Below are positions 1 to 8,421 of a DNA stretch of 10,423 nt, one piece after another. Positions within the stretch are counted from its first letter, which is position 1; each line of letters starts with the position of its first letter. Source of the stretch: Candidatus Bipolaricaulia bacterium. GTDB taxonomy: Bacteria; Bipolaricaulota; Bipolaricaulia; JBHIAT01. The translations under genes were made by a program, and so were the position numbers. The DNA lies in NCBI GenBank assembly GCA_046758705.1, contig JBHIAT010000133.1:1-10423 (forward strand), written 5' to 3'. The notes beneath the pieces are model-generated. The model saw only the letters and a program-made list of their open reading frames with translations, made no database searches and was not told the origin of the DNA.

Positions 1-666
1 GTCGCGCAGATGCTCGAGCAGAGAGCGTTCCAGGTCGCGTTCCTGTGCCTCAGGGGCAAGGGTGAGAAAGTCAAACACATAGGGATCTTTGACGAGCTCA
101 CGCGCCAGGTCGGACTGGGGCGCGGGCAACGTGCGATCAAAATTCGTGATGGCCTTGCCCTGTCGGTGGTATAGTCCACTCTCGATCTGATGCACCAGCA
201 CGTTGCGGCTCCAGCCGTGCTCGATGGTCTGTTGGATGTACCATGTGCGCTCGGCAGGGTCTTTTACCTTGTCCAGCAGTACGCAATTGTGAAACCAGGG
301 AATTTGTGCAGCAGGCTGCTGCACAAATTGCTCGTCAGGGTAGGCCTCGGCCAACGCCCGCATGTACTTGAGGTTGCGGGGTGAGAAACCCTTCATGTCG
401 GGGAACTCGTGCTGGAGGTCTTGGGCCAGTCGGTCAATGACCTTGGTCCCCCAGCCCTCCTGCTGCTGCCGCTTGAGGGTTGCACGGCCGATCTGCCAGT
501 AGAGCAGCACCAACTCACGGTTGACCGAGAGGACAGCTTTGACTTGGGCCGAACGGATACGCGCTTTCAGGTCCTCCAGTAGCCCCGCATAGCTGGCGGG
601 CAATGATGCAGCAGCCTGCTGCACCTTCTGCCGTGGGGACTTGGATCTCTTGCGTTTAGCTACCAT
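1..666 (-). CDS. yhcG: YhcG/DUF1016 family PD-(D/E)XK nuclease-domain protein (N-terminal 222 codons; continues beyond window edge)
   Basis: Manual translation from ATG at 666: MVAKRKRSKSPRQKVQQAAASLPASYAGLLEDLKARIRSAQVKAVLSVNRELVLLYWQIG...GWGTKVIDRLAQDLQHEFPDMKGFSPRNLKYMR...QIPWFHNC...GWSRNVLVHQIES...KDPYVFDFL...ERDLE. These are hallmark DUF1016 motifs. The frame is open to position 1, and GGAGG lies ~10 nt upstream. Not listed in the ORF track. Confidence 0.93.
   Translation of the reverse strand, partial: MVAKRKRSKSPRQKVQQAAASLPASYAGLLEDLKARIRSAQVKAVLSVNRELVLLYWQIGRATLKRQQQEGWGTKVIDRLAQDLQHEFPDMKGFSPRNLKYMRALAEAYPDEQFVQQPAAQIPWFHNCVLLDKVKDPAERTWYIQQTIEHGWSRNVLVHQIESGLYHRQGKAITNFDRTLPAPQSDLARELVKDPYVFDFLTLAPEAQERDLERSLLEHLRD
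301..329. repeat. 29-bp perfect palindrome inside the yhcG coding sequence
   Basis: AATTTGTGCAGCAG-G-CTGCTGCACAAATT: 14-bp arms around one central base (315). Encodes QFVQQPAAQI. Confidence 0.95.
607..623. repeat. 17-bp palindrome, second copy of the same core, in the yhcG N-terminal extension
   Basis: TGCAGCAG-C-CTGCTGCA, centre 615. The minus strand at 624-607 (GTGCAGCAGGCTGCTGCA) is identical to the plus strand at 306-323. Confidence 0.9.
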
Positions 667-914
667 ATCCCAGCTTCCTCCCAAGCCATGTAGTCCTGCT
701 CATGCTTCCAAGTGAGCGGAAGTTCTTCACCCAGCTTCTCTTCGTACTCCTCAAACTCCATGCCGTATTTCTGCTCCAGCTAGGTGATTTGCTCTCTATA
801 TTCAGCGATCTTCTGCTCGAGATAGCTCTTCAGCAGGATACCCAAGCCGTCTTCAACATGCTCTTTGCCGGTCACTTCCTGAATGAGCTTTCTCAGCTCT
901 TGTTCCTTCAGCAT
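660..914 (-). pseudogene. Small acidic antitoxin-like ORF (85 codons including terminal stop) interrupted by an in-frame TAG at codon 45
   Basis: Manual translation: MLKEQELRKLIQEVTGKEHVEDGLGILLKSYLEQKIAEYREQIT*LEQKYGMEFEEYEEKLGEELPLTWKHEQDYMAWEEAGIW*. It has a GGAGG SD and its own promoter. The E.KYGM.FEE...DY..WE pattern resembles small putative antitoxins (recalled, not searched). Confidence 0.72.
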
Positions 915-937
915 CGTTGCCCTCCGTTCACACTATA

Positions 938-966
938 ACTATAGCATGACCCCCGGAGCGTCTCAA
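938..966 (-). promoter_or_regulatory. Sigma70-type promoter for the small ORF/yhcG unit
   Basis: TTGAGA (966-961), 17-nt spacer, TATAGT (943-938) with extended -10 TGc. The -35 overlaps the thioesterase stop codon. Confidence 0.7.
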
Positions 967-1370
967 TCTATCCTGGGAAGTTTCTCGAGCACCGCCTCTG
1001 GGATCGGGATGACCTTCCCCGAGTCGTCGACGAACAGGTGCTTCGTCTCCCCCCGGGCTGCCACCTCCCCAGTCGCCTCTTTGATCGCCTGGTAGCGGAA
1101 GTGCAGTCCCCGATTCCTCAGCGGCGCCACTGTAGTGCGGATCACCACCACCTCGTCGAAGCCGACCGGGGCTTCATATTCGCAGCGGGCTTCGACGACC
1201 GGCAGATGATATCCGTTTGTTTCCAGGTCAGTATAGGGAAACCCTAGCTCACGCATCAGTGTGACTCGCCCGACTTCGAACCAGATGAAATGGTTCGAGT
1301 GATAGACCACACCCATGGCGTCCGTCTCCGCATAGCGAACCCGAATCTTGGCCTCAACGGCTTCGGTCAT
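963..1370 (-). CDS. Acyl-CoA thioesterase, 4HBT/YbgC-FadM hotdog family
   Basis: RVRYAETDAMGVVYHSNHFIWFEVGR signature; 135 aa; AAAGGAG SD upstream. Confidence 0.92.
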   Translation of the reverse strand: MTEAVEAKIRVRYAETDAMGVVYHSNHFIWFEVGRVTLMRELGFPYTDLETNGYHLPVVEARCEYEAPVGFDEVVVIRTTVAPLRNRGLHFRYQAIKEATGEVAARGETKHLFVDDSGKVIPIPEAVLEKLPRID

Positions 1371-1410
1371 CGGTACGGCTCCTTTCTCAGTTCCCGGTTG
1401 AAGATAAAGG

Positions 1411-2829
1411 TCAGACCTCGTGAACCTTGATCAGGTTCGTGATCCCAGGGACGCCGAACGGGATGCCGGCGGTGATGACGACCCGTTGCCCTGCCCTGAC
1501 CAGCTCCGCATCACGCGCAGCGCTCAACGAGTCTTCGATCATCTCATCGGTGTTCTCCGAGAACGGGATGCGAAGCGGGATCACCCCCCACAGCAGCGCG
1601 AGCTTTCGGTAAACCCGATCAGACGGCGTGGCGGCAATGATCGGCGTCTCAGGTCGAAATCGGGAGGCGAGCCTGGCCGTCGATCCTGAACGGGTCGAGG
1701 TGATGATCGCTGCCGCGCCCAGTTTGCTGGCCAGCTGACACGCCGCCTCGCCGATCGCGGCCGCGACGCTCTCTTCCAGATCGGGAAACCTCTCGAAATC
1801 CCCCAGCGCCTCCAGGTGCTCGCGTTCGGCCCGTCGGGCGATCCGGCACATCATGCGCACCGCTTCGACCGGATAGCTCCCGATCGCCGTTTCCTCGGAG
1901 AGCATCAGCGCGCTCGTCCCGTCGAAGATCGCGTTGGCGACATCGGTGACCTCGGCGCGGGTCGGCCGCGGCTGGGTGACCATTGAGCTGAGCATTTGGG
2001 TGGCGGTGATCACCGGCTTCGCCGCTTGACGGGCCATGCGGATCAGCCGCTTCTGGACCAGCGGGAGGTCTTCGACCTCGATCTCCACCCCCAGATCCCC
2101 GCGGGCGACCATCAGACCGTCGCAAGCTTCCAAGATCGCCTCGATATCGTCCAGGGCCGCCCGGGTCTCGATCTTGGCGATCAGGTCGATCTCGGCTTCG
2201 CCGAGCGCGTCCCGGACTTCGGCCAGATCCTTGGCACGTCGCACGAACGAGACGGCGACGTAGTCAACTTTCATCGCGGCAACGAGCTTGAGATCCCTGC
2301 GGTCCTCCTCGGTGATGCTCGGGGTGTTGAGCACCACACCAGGGACGTTGATCCCCTTATGCTCGCGCAGCATCCCGCTGTTTTGAACCTCGCACTCGGT
2401 TTTCCCGTCGCGGACCGTGGTGACCACCAGGGCGATCCGTCCGTCGTCGAGCAGGATCCGGTCTCCCGGAACGACATCCTGGGACAGGCCACGGTAGTTG
2501 ACCGGCAGCCTGCGCCCGTCGCCGATCAGATCGTTCTCAACGAGCGTCACTCGCCCTCCGGCCTCAAGCGGGACCTCTTTGTTCTTCAGTCTTCCGATCC
2601 GGATCTCCGCCCCCCGAGTGTCGACCATGATCGCCAGCGGGCGACCGGCGGCGACCTCATGGAGCCGGGCGATCGTCTCCCGATGCTCATCGGGATCCCC
2701 GTGAGACAGGTTGACCCGGGCGACATTCATCCCGGCCTCAATCATCGCCGTCATCGTCTCTGGGGCGTGGGATGCCGGCCCGATGGTGCAGACGATTTTG
2801 GTGCATTTTTGCTCTGGCTTTCGTTCCAC
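1411..2829 (-). CDS. pyk: Pyruvate kinase (472 aa from GTG at 2829)
   Basis: Motifs TKIVCTIGPAS, ARVNLSHG, LLDDG, AKIET, MVARGDLGVE, ATQML, PTRAEVTDVANA. Start moved from the track's 2994 to GTG 2829 because the longer version overlaps carA and the promoters. Confidence 0.97.
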   Translation of the reverse strand: MERKPEQKCTKIVCTIGPASHAPETMTAMIEAGMNVARVNLSHGDPDEHRETIARLHEVAAGRPLAIMVDTRGAEIRIGRLKNKEVPLEAGGRVTLVENDLIGDGRRLPVNYRGLSQDVVPGDRILLDDGRIALVVTTVRDGKTECEVQNSGMLREHKGINVPGVVLNTPSITEEDRRDLKLVAAMKVDYVAVSFVRRAKDLAEVRDALGEAEIDLIAKIETRAALDDIEAILEACDGLMVARGDLGVEIEVEDLPLVQKRLIRMARQAAKPVITATQMLSSMVTQPRPTRAEVTDVANAIFDGTSALMLSEETAIGSYPVEAVRMMCRIARRAEREHLEALGDFERFPDLEESVAAAIGEAACQLASKLGAAAIITSTRSGSTARLASRFRPETPIIAATPSDRVYRKLALLWGVIPLRIPFSENTDEMIEDSLSAARDAELVRAGQRVVITAGIPFGVPGITNLIKVHEV

Positions 2830-2859
2830 GCTGAGCCCCCCGTTTTGTCTTGGGCCATT

Positions 2860-2889
2860 ATTATAGGATCCGAAAGATCGGAAGTGCAA
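2860..2889 (-). promoter_or_regulatory. Sigma70-type promoter for pyk-thioesterase
   Basis: TTGCAC (2889-2884), 18-nt spacer, TATAAT (2865-2860). Confidence 0.65.
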
Positions 2890-2903
2890 TGATCCCACCG
2901 AGA

Positions 2904-2933
2904 TTGACGGACGGGACCACGAGATGATATAGT
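2904..2933 (+). promoter_or_regulatory. Sigma70-type promoter for carAB
   Basis: TTGACG (2904-2909), 18-nt spacer, TATAGT (2928-2933) with extended -10 TGa. Back-to-back with the pyk promoter. Confidence 0.65.
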
Positions 2934-2945
2934 GACAAAAAACCA

Positions 2946-4052
2946 ATGGGAATACTGGCTCTCGAAGACGGACGTACATTCTATGGGGAGCCATTCGGAG
3001 CCTCAGGAACTGTCTACGGCGAGGTCGTCTTTAACACCGGCATAACCGGCTACCAGGAGGTGCTCACCGATCCCTCCTACGCCGGTCAAATCGTGGTGAT
3101 GACCTACCCCCACATCGGCAACTACGGGGTGACCTCTCAAGACCAGCAGGCGAACCGTCCGCATCTCTCCGGGTTTGTGGTCCGAGAATACAGCCGATTC
3201 CACTCTAACTGGCGTGCCGAAACAGATCTCGAAACTTATATGAACCGCCACCGGGTGATCGGTCTCACCGAGGTCGACACCCGGGCGCTGACCCGCCACA
3301 TCCGCGATGCGGGCGCGATGCGCAGCTGTCTTTCGAACGAGGTGGACGATCCCAACATATTGGTGATAAACGCGCGACGCGCTCCCCATCTCGCCGAGCA
3401 GCCGCTCGTGGCGCGGGTGACCTGCGATCGCATCTATGGATGGAAGGCATCGGATGACGACATCGATGTCGGGAACCGGACCGATCTTCATGTGGTGGCT
3501 TACGACTTTGGCGTCAAACATGAGATTCTGAGACAACTGAAGGCACGGGTTCAACGGGTGACGGTCGTCCCGGCGAGAACGTCCGCCAGGACGATCCTGA
3601 GGCTCGAACCGGACGGTGTATTCCTTTCCAACGGCCCCGGCGATCCGGCGGTGCTGGATGGGATCATTGCGAACGTGAAGCAGCTCGTTGAAGTTGGAAA
3701 TCTTCCGATCTTCGGGATCTGCCTTGGGCATCAGATCTTGTGCCTTGCCTTGGGGGCACGCTCCTACAAACTCAAGTTCGGCCATCGGGGGAGCAACCAA
3801 CCGGTCAGATGCCTTGACCGAGACCGGATCGATATCACCACCCACAACCACGGCTACGCGATCCAGGAGGAGACGCTCCCCGACGGACTGGAGTTGACCC
3901 ACGTCAACCTGAACGACGACACCGTCGAGGGGGTTCGGCATCGGGAGCTGCCGATCTTCAGCGTCCAGTACCATCCGGAGGCCACCCCCGGCCCCCACGA
4001 TGCCCACTATCTGTTCGATGAGTTCGTGACCATGATCGAGCGAAGCAGGTGA
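2946..4052 (+). CDS. carA: Carbamoyl-phosphate synthase small (glutaminase) subunit
   Basis: Motifs [29 protein letters not shown], catalytic FGICLGHQ, and QYHPEA. Confidence 0.98.
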   Translation: MGILALEDGRTFYGEPFGASGTVYGEVVFNTGITGYQEVLTDPSYAGQIVVMTYPHIGNYGVTSQDQQANRPHLSGFVVREYSRFHSNWRAETDLETYMNRHRVIGLTEVDTRALTRHIRDAGAMRSCLSNEVDDPNILVINARRAPHLAEQPLVARVTCDRIYGWKASDDDIDVGNRTDLHVVAYDFGVKHEILRQLKARVQRVTVVPARTSARTILRLEPDGVFLSNGPGDPAVLDGIIANVKQLVEVGNLPIFGICLGHQILCLALGARSYKLKFGHRGSNQPVRCLDRDRIDITTHNHGYAIQEETLPDGLELTHVNLNDDTVEGVRHRELPIFSVQYHPEATPGPHDAHYLFDEFVTMIERSR

Positions 4053-4058
4053 TCGAGT

Positions 4059-7000
4059 TTGCCGAAGCGCACCGATATCGACAAGATTCTGATTATCGGC
4101 TCCGGGCCGATCATCATCGGCCAAGCGGCCGAGTTTGACTACTCGGGCACCCAGGCGTGCAAGGCGCTCCTGGAGGAGGGGCATCGGGTCGTTTTGGTCA
4201 ACAACAACCCGGCAACGATCATGACCGATCCGGAGTTCTCGCATCACCTGTATCTGGAGCCGCTCATCCCCGAGGTCGTCACCCGGATCATCGAGCGGGA
4301 GCGACCCGACGCGCTTCTGCCGACGGTTGGCGGTCAGATGGCGATCAACATCGCGGTGACCTTGGCGCAGCAGGGGATTTTGGACCGCTATGGGGTCGAG
4401 CTGATCGGTGCCAAACTGAAGGCGATGGAGATCGCCGAGGACCGTCAGCAGTTCAAGGAGACGATGGACCGAGCGGGGATCCCGACCCCGGCGGGCGAGT
4501 TCGCCAACACCCTGGATCAGGCGCTGGAGATCGTTCAGCGGATCGGCCTCCCGGTGATCATCCGCCCCTCTTACACCTTGGGTGGGGAGGGGAGCGGGAT
4601 CACCGAGGAGATCGACAGCGTCCGAGAGGCGGTGGTCCACGGGCTGGCCCGCAGCCCGATCGATCAGGTGCTGATCGAGGCGTCGGTCATCGGGTGGAAG
4701 GAGTTCGAACTTGAGGTGATGCGCGACCTGGCCGACAACGTGGTGGTGATTACCTCGATCGAGAACGTCGATCCGATGGGGATCCATACCGGGGACAGCA
4801 TCACCGTCGCCCCGGCCCAGACGCTCTCGGACCGTGAATACCAGTGGATGCGCAACCTGGCCTGCCAGGTCATCCGGTCGGTCGGCGTGGAGACCGGGGG
4901 GGCGAATATCCAGTTCGCTGTCGATCCCGAGGATGGCCGCATGGTTGTCATCGAGATGAACCCGCGGGTGTCGCGGAGCTCAGCGCTCGCCTCCAAGGCG
5001 ACCGGTTTCCCGATTGCCAAGATCGCCGCTAAACTGGCCATCGGCTACACCTTGGATGAGATCCCGAACGACATCACCCGGGAGACCCCGGCGAGCTTCG
5101 AGCCGACGATCGACTACGTCGTCGTCAAGGTGCCGCGCTGGGATCTGGAGAAGTTTCCGGACGCCGACGATCGGTTGGGCACCCAGATGAAGTCGGTCGG
5201 CGAGACGATGGCGATCGGCCGGACGTTCAAGGAAGCGTTGCAGAAAGGACTTCGATCGCTGGAGATCGACGTCCCAGGGTTGATCGCTCCTGAAGGACCT
5301 GAAGGGCAGGTGGTCGCGTTAGAGACATTGCGGATACCGACCCCCGATCGGATCTTCCGAATCTACGGAGCGCTTCGGACCGGGGTTCCCGTCGAGCAGA
5401 TCGCAACGCTCACTCGGATCGATCCATGGTTCATCGATCAACTCCGCCAGATCGCAGACCTCGAGGCTGAGCTGCAGCGGTTCGAGCTTGCATCCGTCCC
5501 TAAGGCATTGCTGCGCCGGGCGAAGCGCTGGGGGTTCTCAGACGAGCAGCTCGCTCGGATCTTTGAAACCGATCCGATGTCGGTACGGGAGGCGCGGCAC
5601 CGCATCGGCATCCGCCCGGTCTTCAAACAGGTCGACACCTGCGGAGCGGAGTTCGAGGCCCACACCCCCTACTTGTACAGTTGCTACGACGATGAGGACG
5701 AGGTTTTGCGAAACGACAGGAAGCGGGTAGTGATCCTGGGGAGTGGACCGAACCGGATCGGCCAAGGAGTAGAGTTCGACTACTGCTGCTGCCATGCCGC
5801 CTTTGCCCTTCATGAGATCGGTTACGAGACGATCATGGTCAACTGCAACCCTGAGACGGTCTCGACCGACTACGACACCTCCGACAAGCTTTACTTCGAA
5901 CCGATTGCCTTCGAGGATGTCATGAACATTATCGAGGCCGAGGCGCCCGACGGCGTCATCGTCCAGTACGGGGGCCAGACGCCCCTGAAACTCGCCAGGA
6001 TGCTCAAGGCGGCCGGCGTTCCGATCTGGGGAACCGATCCCGACGATATCGATCTTGCCGAGGATCGGGGTCGATTCGGTCGCCTGCTCGAAGAACTGGG
6101 GCTCGAACGGCCCGAATACGGGATCGCGACCTCGGTCACCGAAGCGCTCCACGTCGCCCGAAAGATTGGCTACCCGGTCCTGGTGCGTCCGTCCTACGTC
6201 CTCGGCGGGCGGGCGATGGCGATCGTCCACGGCCAGGGGGACCTGGAGCGTTACATGGCCAACGCCGTCCGCGTCTCACCCGATCATCCCGTCCTGATCG
6301 ACCGGTTCCTTGAGGATGCGATCGAGATCGATGTCGATGCAGTGGCCGACGGCCATCGCTGCTTCATCGGCGGCATTATGGAACATATCGAGGCGGCCGG
6401 TGTCCACTCTGGGGACAGCGCCTGCGTCCTGCCGCCGATCTCACTCGATGAGGCACAGATCGAGGCGATCCACCAGCGAACCGCCCGACTCGCTGCTCGG
6501 CTGCGCGTGGTTGGCCTGATGAACGTCCAGTACGCGATCCATAGAGATCGGATCTACGTGTTGGAGGTGAACCCACGGGCCTCCCGGACGGTGCCGTTTG
6601 TGAGCAAGGCGACCGGGAGGCCGCTGGCCAAGCTCGGAGCGCAGGTGATGGCTGGATTCACCTTAACGGAGCTCGATTCAGGTGAGGCGGCCTCCCCGGG
6701 CGGTTATTACATCAAGGAGGCGGTCTTTCCGTTCGATCGCTTCGGGGAGGTCGATCCAGTCCTGGGCCCTGAGATGCGCAGCACCGGTGAGGTAATCGGG
6801 ATCGCCCAGGATTTCGGAAGCGCGTTTGCCAAGGCTGAGATCGGCGGACGGAACCACCTGCCGACCTACGGAGCGGTGCTGATCAGTGTCAACGATCGGG
6901 ACAAGCCCGGGATGATCCCGATCGTCCGCCGACTGGTCGAATTGGGCTTCCAGATCATCGCCACCCGAGGCACTGCTGGCCATCTGCGACGGAACGAGAT

Positions 7001-7268
7001 CGCTGTCGACCCCGTCCGCAAGCTGAGTGAAGGGCACCCCAACATCATCGATCAGATCGAGGCAGGACGCATCGACCTGATCATCAACACTCCGTCGGGG
7101 CCGGATGCATACCGGGATGGCCGGGCGATCCGAATCAACGCGATTCGACATCGGATTCCATATATCACGACCCTAGCGGGCGCCCGCGCCGCTGTCGCCG
7201 CGATCACCGCGCTCCAATCCGCCGACCTGCACCTCGAAACCCTCGATCGTTATCATACTATCGTCTGA
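4059..7268 (+). CDS. carB: Carbamoyl-phosphate synthase large subunit
   Basis: Begins [29 protein letters not shown]. Two ATP-grasp halves ([20 protein letters not shown]) and a C-terminal MGS-like domain. TTG start with an AGGTGA SD overlapping the carA stop. Confidence 0.99.
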   Translation: MPKRTDIDKILIIGSGPIIIGQAAEFDYSGTQACKALLEEGHRVVLVNNNPATIMTDPEFSHHLYLEPLIPEVVTRIIERERPDALLPTVGGQMAINIAVTLAQQGILDRYGVELIGAKLKAMEIAEDRQQFKETMDRAGIPTPAGEFANTLDQALEIVQRIGLPVIIRPSYTLGGEGSGITEEIDSVREAVVHGLARSPIDQVLIEASVIGWKEFELEVMRDLADNVVVITSIENVDPMGIHTGDSITVAPAQTLSDREYQWMRNLACQVIRSVGVETGGANIQFAVDPEDGRMVVIEMNPRVSRSSALASKATGFPIAKIAAKLAIGYTLDEIPNDITRETPASFEPTIDYVVVKVPRWDLEKFPDADDRLGTQMKSVGETMAIGRTFKEALQKGLRSLEIDVPGLIAPEGPEGQVVALETLRIPTPDRIFRIYGALRTGVPVEQIATLTRIDPWFIDQLRQIADLEAELQRFELASVPKALLRRAKRWGFSDEQLARIFETDPMSVREARHRIGIRPVFKQVDTCGAEFEAHTPYLYSCYDDEDEVLRNDRKRVVILGSGPNRIGQGVEFDYCCCHAAFALHEIGYETIMVNCNPETVSTDYDTSDKLYFEPIAFEDVMNIIEAEAPDGVIVQYGGQTPLKLARMLKAAGVPIWGTDPDDIDLAEDRGRFGRLLEELGLERPEYGIATSVTEALHVARKIGYPVLVRPSYVLGGRAMAIVHGQGDLERYMANAVRVSPDHPVLIDRFLEDAIEIDVDAVADGHRCFIGGIMEHIEAAGVHSGDSACVLPPISLDEAQIEAIHQRTARLAARLRVVGLMNVQYAIHRDRIYVLEVNPRASRTVPFVSKATGRPLAKLGAQVMAGFTLTELDSGEAASPGGYYIKEAVFPFDRFGEVDPVLGPEMRSTGEVIGIAQDFGSAFAKAEIGGRNHLPTYGAVLISVNDRDKPGMIPIVRRLVELGFQIIATRGTAGHLRRNEIAVDPVRKLSEGHPNIIDQIEAGRIDLIINTPSGPDAYRDGRAIRINAIRHRIPYITTLAGARAAVAAITALQSADLHLETLDRYHTIV

Positions 7269-7293
7269 GGGCATAATATGAAATTGGGAATGG

Positions 7294-7323
7294 TTGAACT
7301 TCCTTCAAGCGCTGTAGTAATAT
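7294..7323 (+). promoter_or_regulatory. Possible promoter for the orphan gene, with two small inverted repeats
   Basis: TTGAAC (7294-7299), 18-nt spacer, TAATAT (7318-7323). TTGAA-N5-TTCAA at 7294-7308 and palindrome GTAATATTAC at 7317-7326. Confidence 0.4.
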
Positions 7324-7368
7324 TACCTTTCAGTATCAATATGCGGTGAGGAGAAAAGGAGGAGGAAG

Positions 7369-7878
7369 TTGTACAAGTTCGTGAGACGAGGCACGCGCAG
7401 AGCCGAAGCCATCCCAGTACGGGGGATCGAGCTATATCACCCCTCTGACTTCAACCATCTGCTGATCTTCCGGTTGTCCCAAATCGCTCGGGAACGGCGT
7501 TACGGTCGATGGAAGCTGCGTCTTTCCCGACGTGACATCTACTACCTGGAGACGTTAGCGGAGGGGCTCACCGCACTGATCGACTCCTATCGAGGATCTT
7601 CAACTGAAGAGAAGCCGATCCTGAAGGTCGATCAGGAAGGCGATCTCTACCAGGTCGACCGGTTCAACCCGATCCACGAGCGCCGGCTCCAGGACACCGC
7701 GATCATTTTCAACAAGCGACGTGACTTCGAAGATCTGTGGCTGATCGGCATCAGCTTCGAAACCGACAAGCAAATCTCTGGAGAGAGGTCCCTGTACATC
7801 GTCAGGACGGAAAAGTATCTGGCTCCGTGGTATAAGGGCCTGAACAGCCTCCGCGACGCGATGCAGGATGATTTTTGA
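7369..7878 (+). CDS. Hypothetical protein built from two tandem ~72-aa repeats; possible nucleic-acid-binding protein
   Basis: Very strong SD (AAGGAGGAGG) before a TTG start. Core-like codon usage, fits cleanly between carB and the redoxin gene, and contains an internal duplication. Confidence 0.85.
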   Translation: MYKFVRRGTRRAEAIPVRGIELYHPSDFNHLLIFRLSQIARERRYGRWKLRLSRRDIYYLETLAEGLTALIDSYRGSSTEEKPILKVDQEGDLYQVDRFNPIHERRLQDTAIIFNKRRDFEDLWLIGISFETDKQISGERSLYIVRTEKYLAPWYKGLNSLRDAMQDDF

Positions 7879-7887
7879 ACGTTACCC

Positions 7888-8421
7888 TCAACCCATCTTC
7901 CATTTAATCGTACAGCCGATCGGTTCGGTCTTGGGGACCGGAACCTCTTCTCCGTTGAGCAGTGCCTCGATCGCATCACGGAAGTAGGGTTGTTCCACTC
8001 GGTCGGGGTCCTCCCAGTTGTCGTCGGGGCGTCCGTGGTAACGCAACCGCAGATCCGAATCGAACAGAAAGATCTCAGGGGTGCGTTGGGCACCGTAGGC
8101 CTGAGCGACCTGCTGACTCTCGTCTCGAAGATAAGGGAACGGAAATCCTTTCTGGTTCGCCCGGGTCACCATGTTATCGAAGCTATCGTCCGGGTATTGC
8201 GAGTCGTCGTTTGCGTTGATTGCCACCAGGGCCACATCGCGATCGGCGTACTCTCGCTGGACGGCGATGAGCCGATCCTCATAGGCCTTGACGTAGGGAC
8301 AGTGGTTGCAGCTGAAGATCACCGCCACCGCCTGTTTCCCGCTGAAATCCTGAAGTGAATAATTTTGACCATCGACACCGGGCAGATTGAAGTCGAGTGC
8401 GATCTCACCGAGTTGCACCAC
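7888..8421 (-). CDS. Thioredoxin-fold redoxin (AhpC/TSA, PRX-like1 family)
   Basis: Motifs DFNLPGVDG, FSCNHCPYV (CxxC), AINAND...YPDDSF, AYGAQRTPEIF, IGCTIKW. AAGGAGG SD before GTG. Confidence 0.93.
   Translation of the reverse strand: MVQLGEIALDFNLPGVDGQNYSLQDFSGKQAVAVIFSCNHCPYVKAYEDRLIAVQREYADRDVALVAINANDDSQYPDDSFDNMVTRANQKGFPFPYLRDESQQVAQAYGAQRTPEIFLFDSDLRLRYHGRPDDNWEDPDRVEQPYFRDAIEALLNGEEVPVPKTEPIGCTIKWKMG

Noticed and set aside
190-938. Plus-strand ORFs 190-384 and 702-938
   Set aside because: Antisense to yhcG and the interrupted small ORF, which have SDs, a promoter and family motifs.
1376-1410. Weak hairpin pairing CCTTT with the thioesterase SD (AAAGG)
   Set aside because: Short, bulged stem with no U tail; too weak to call a terminator or switch.
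1996-2892. 298-aa plus-strand ORF and other short ORFs over pyk
   Set aside because: Antisense or alternative-frame shadows of pyruvate kinase.
2932-2948. Frameshifted upstream carA start (GTG ACA AAA AA.. would give MTKKPMGIL with one extra A)
   Set aside because: The GTG lies within the predicted -10 box and has no clear SD, and ATG 2946 already gives a complete protein. Only read data could revive this.
2830-2994. 55-aa N-terminal extension of pyk in the ORF track
   Set aside because: It overlaps carA and both promoters, and PK similarity begins just after GTG 2829.
3003-4787. 594-aa minus-strand ORF, plus 5538-6230 and 6678-7151
   Set aside because: Antisense shadows of carA/carB caused by GC-rich codon bias; no recognisable motifs.
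4059-7268. Internal duplication in carB
   Set aside because: This is the well-known two-ATP-grasp architecture; no intein or insertion is evident.
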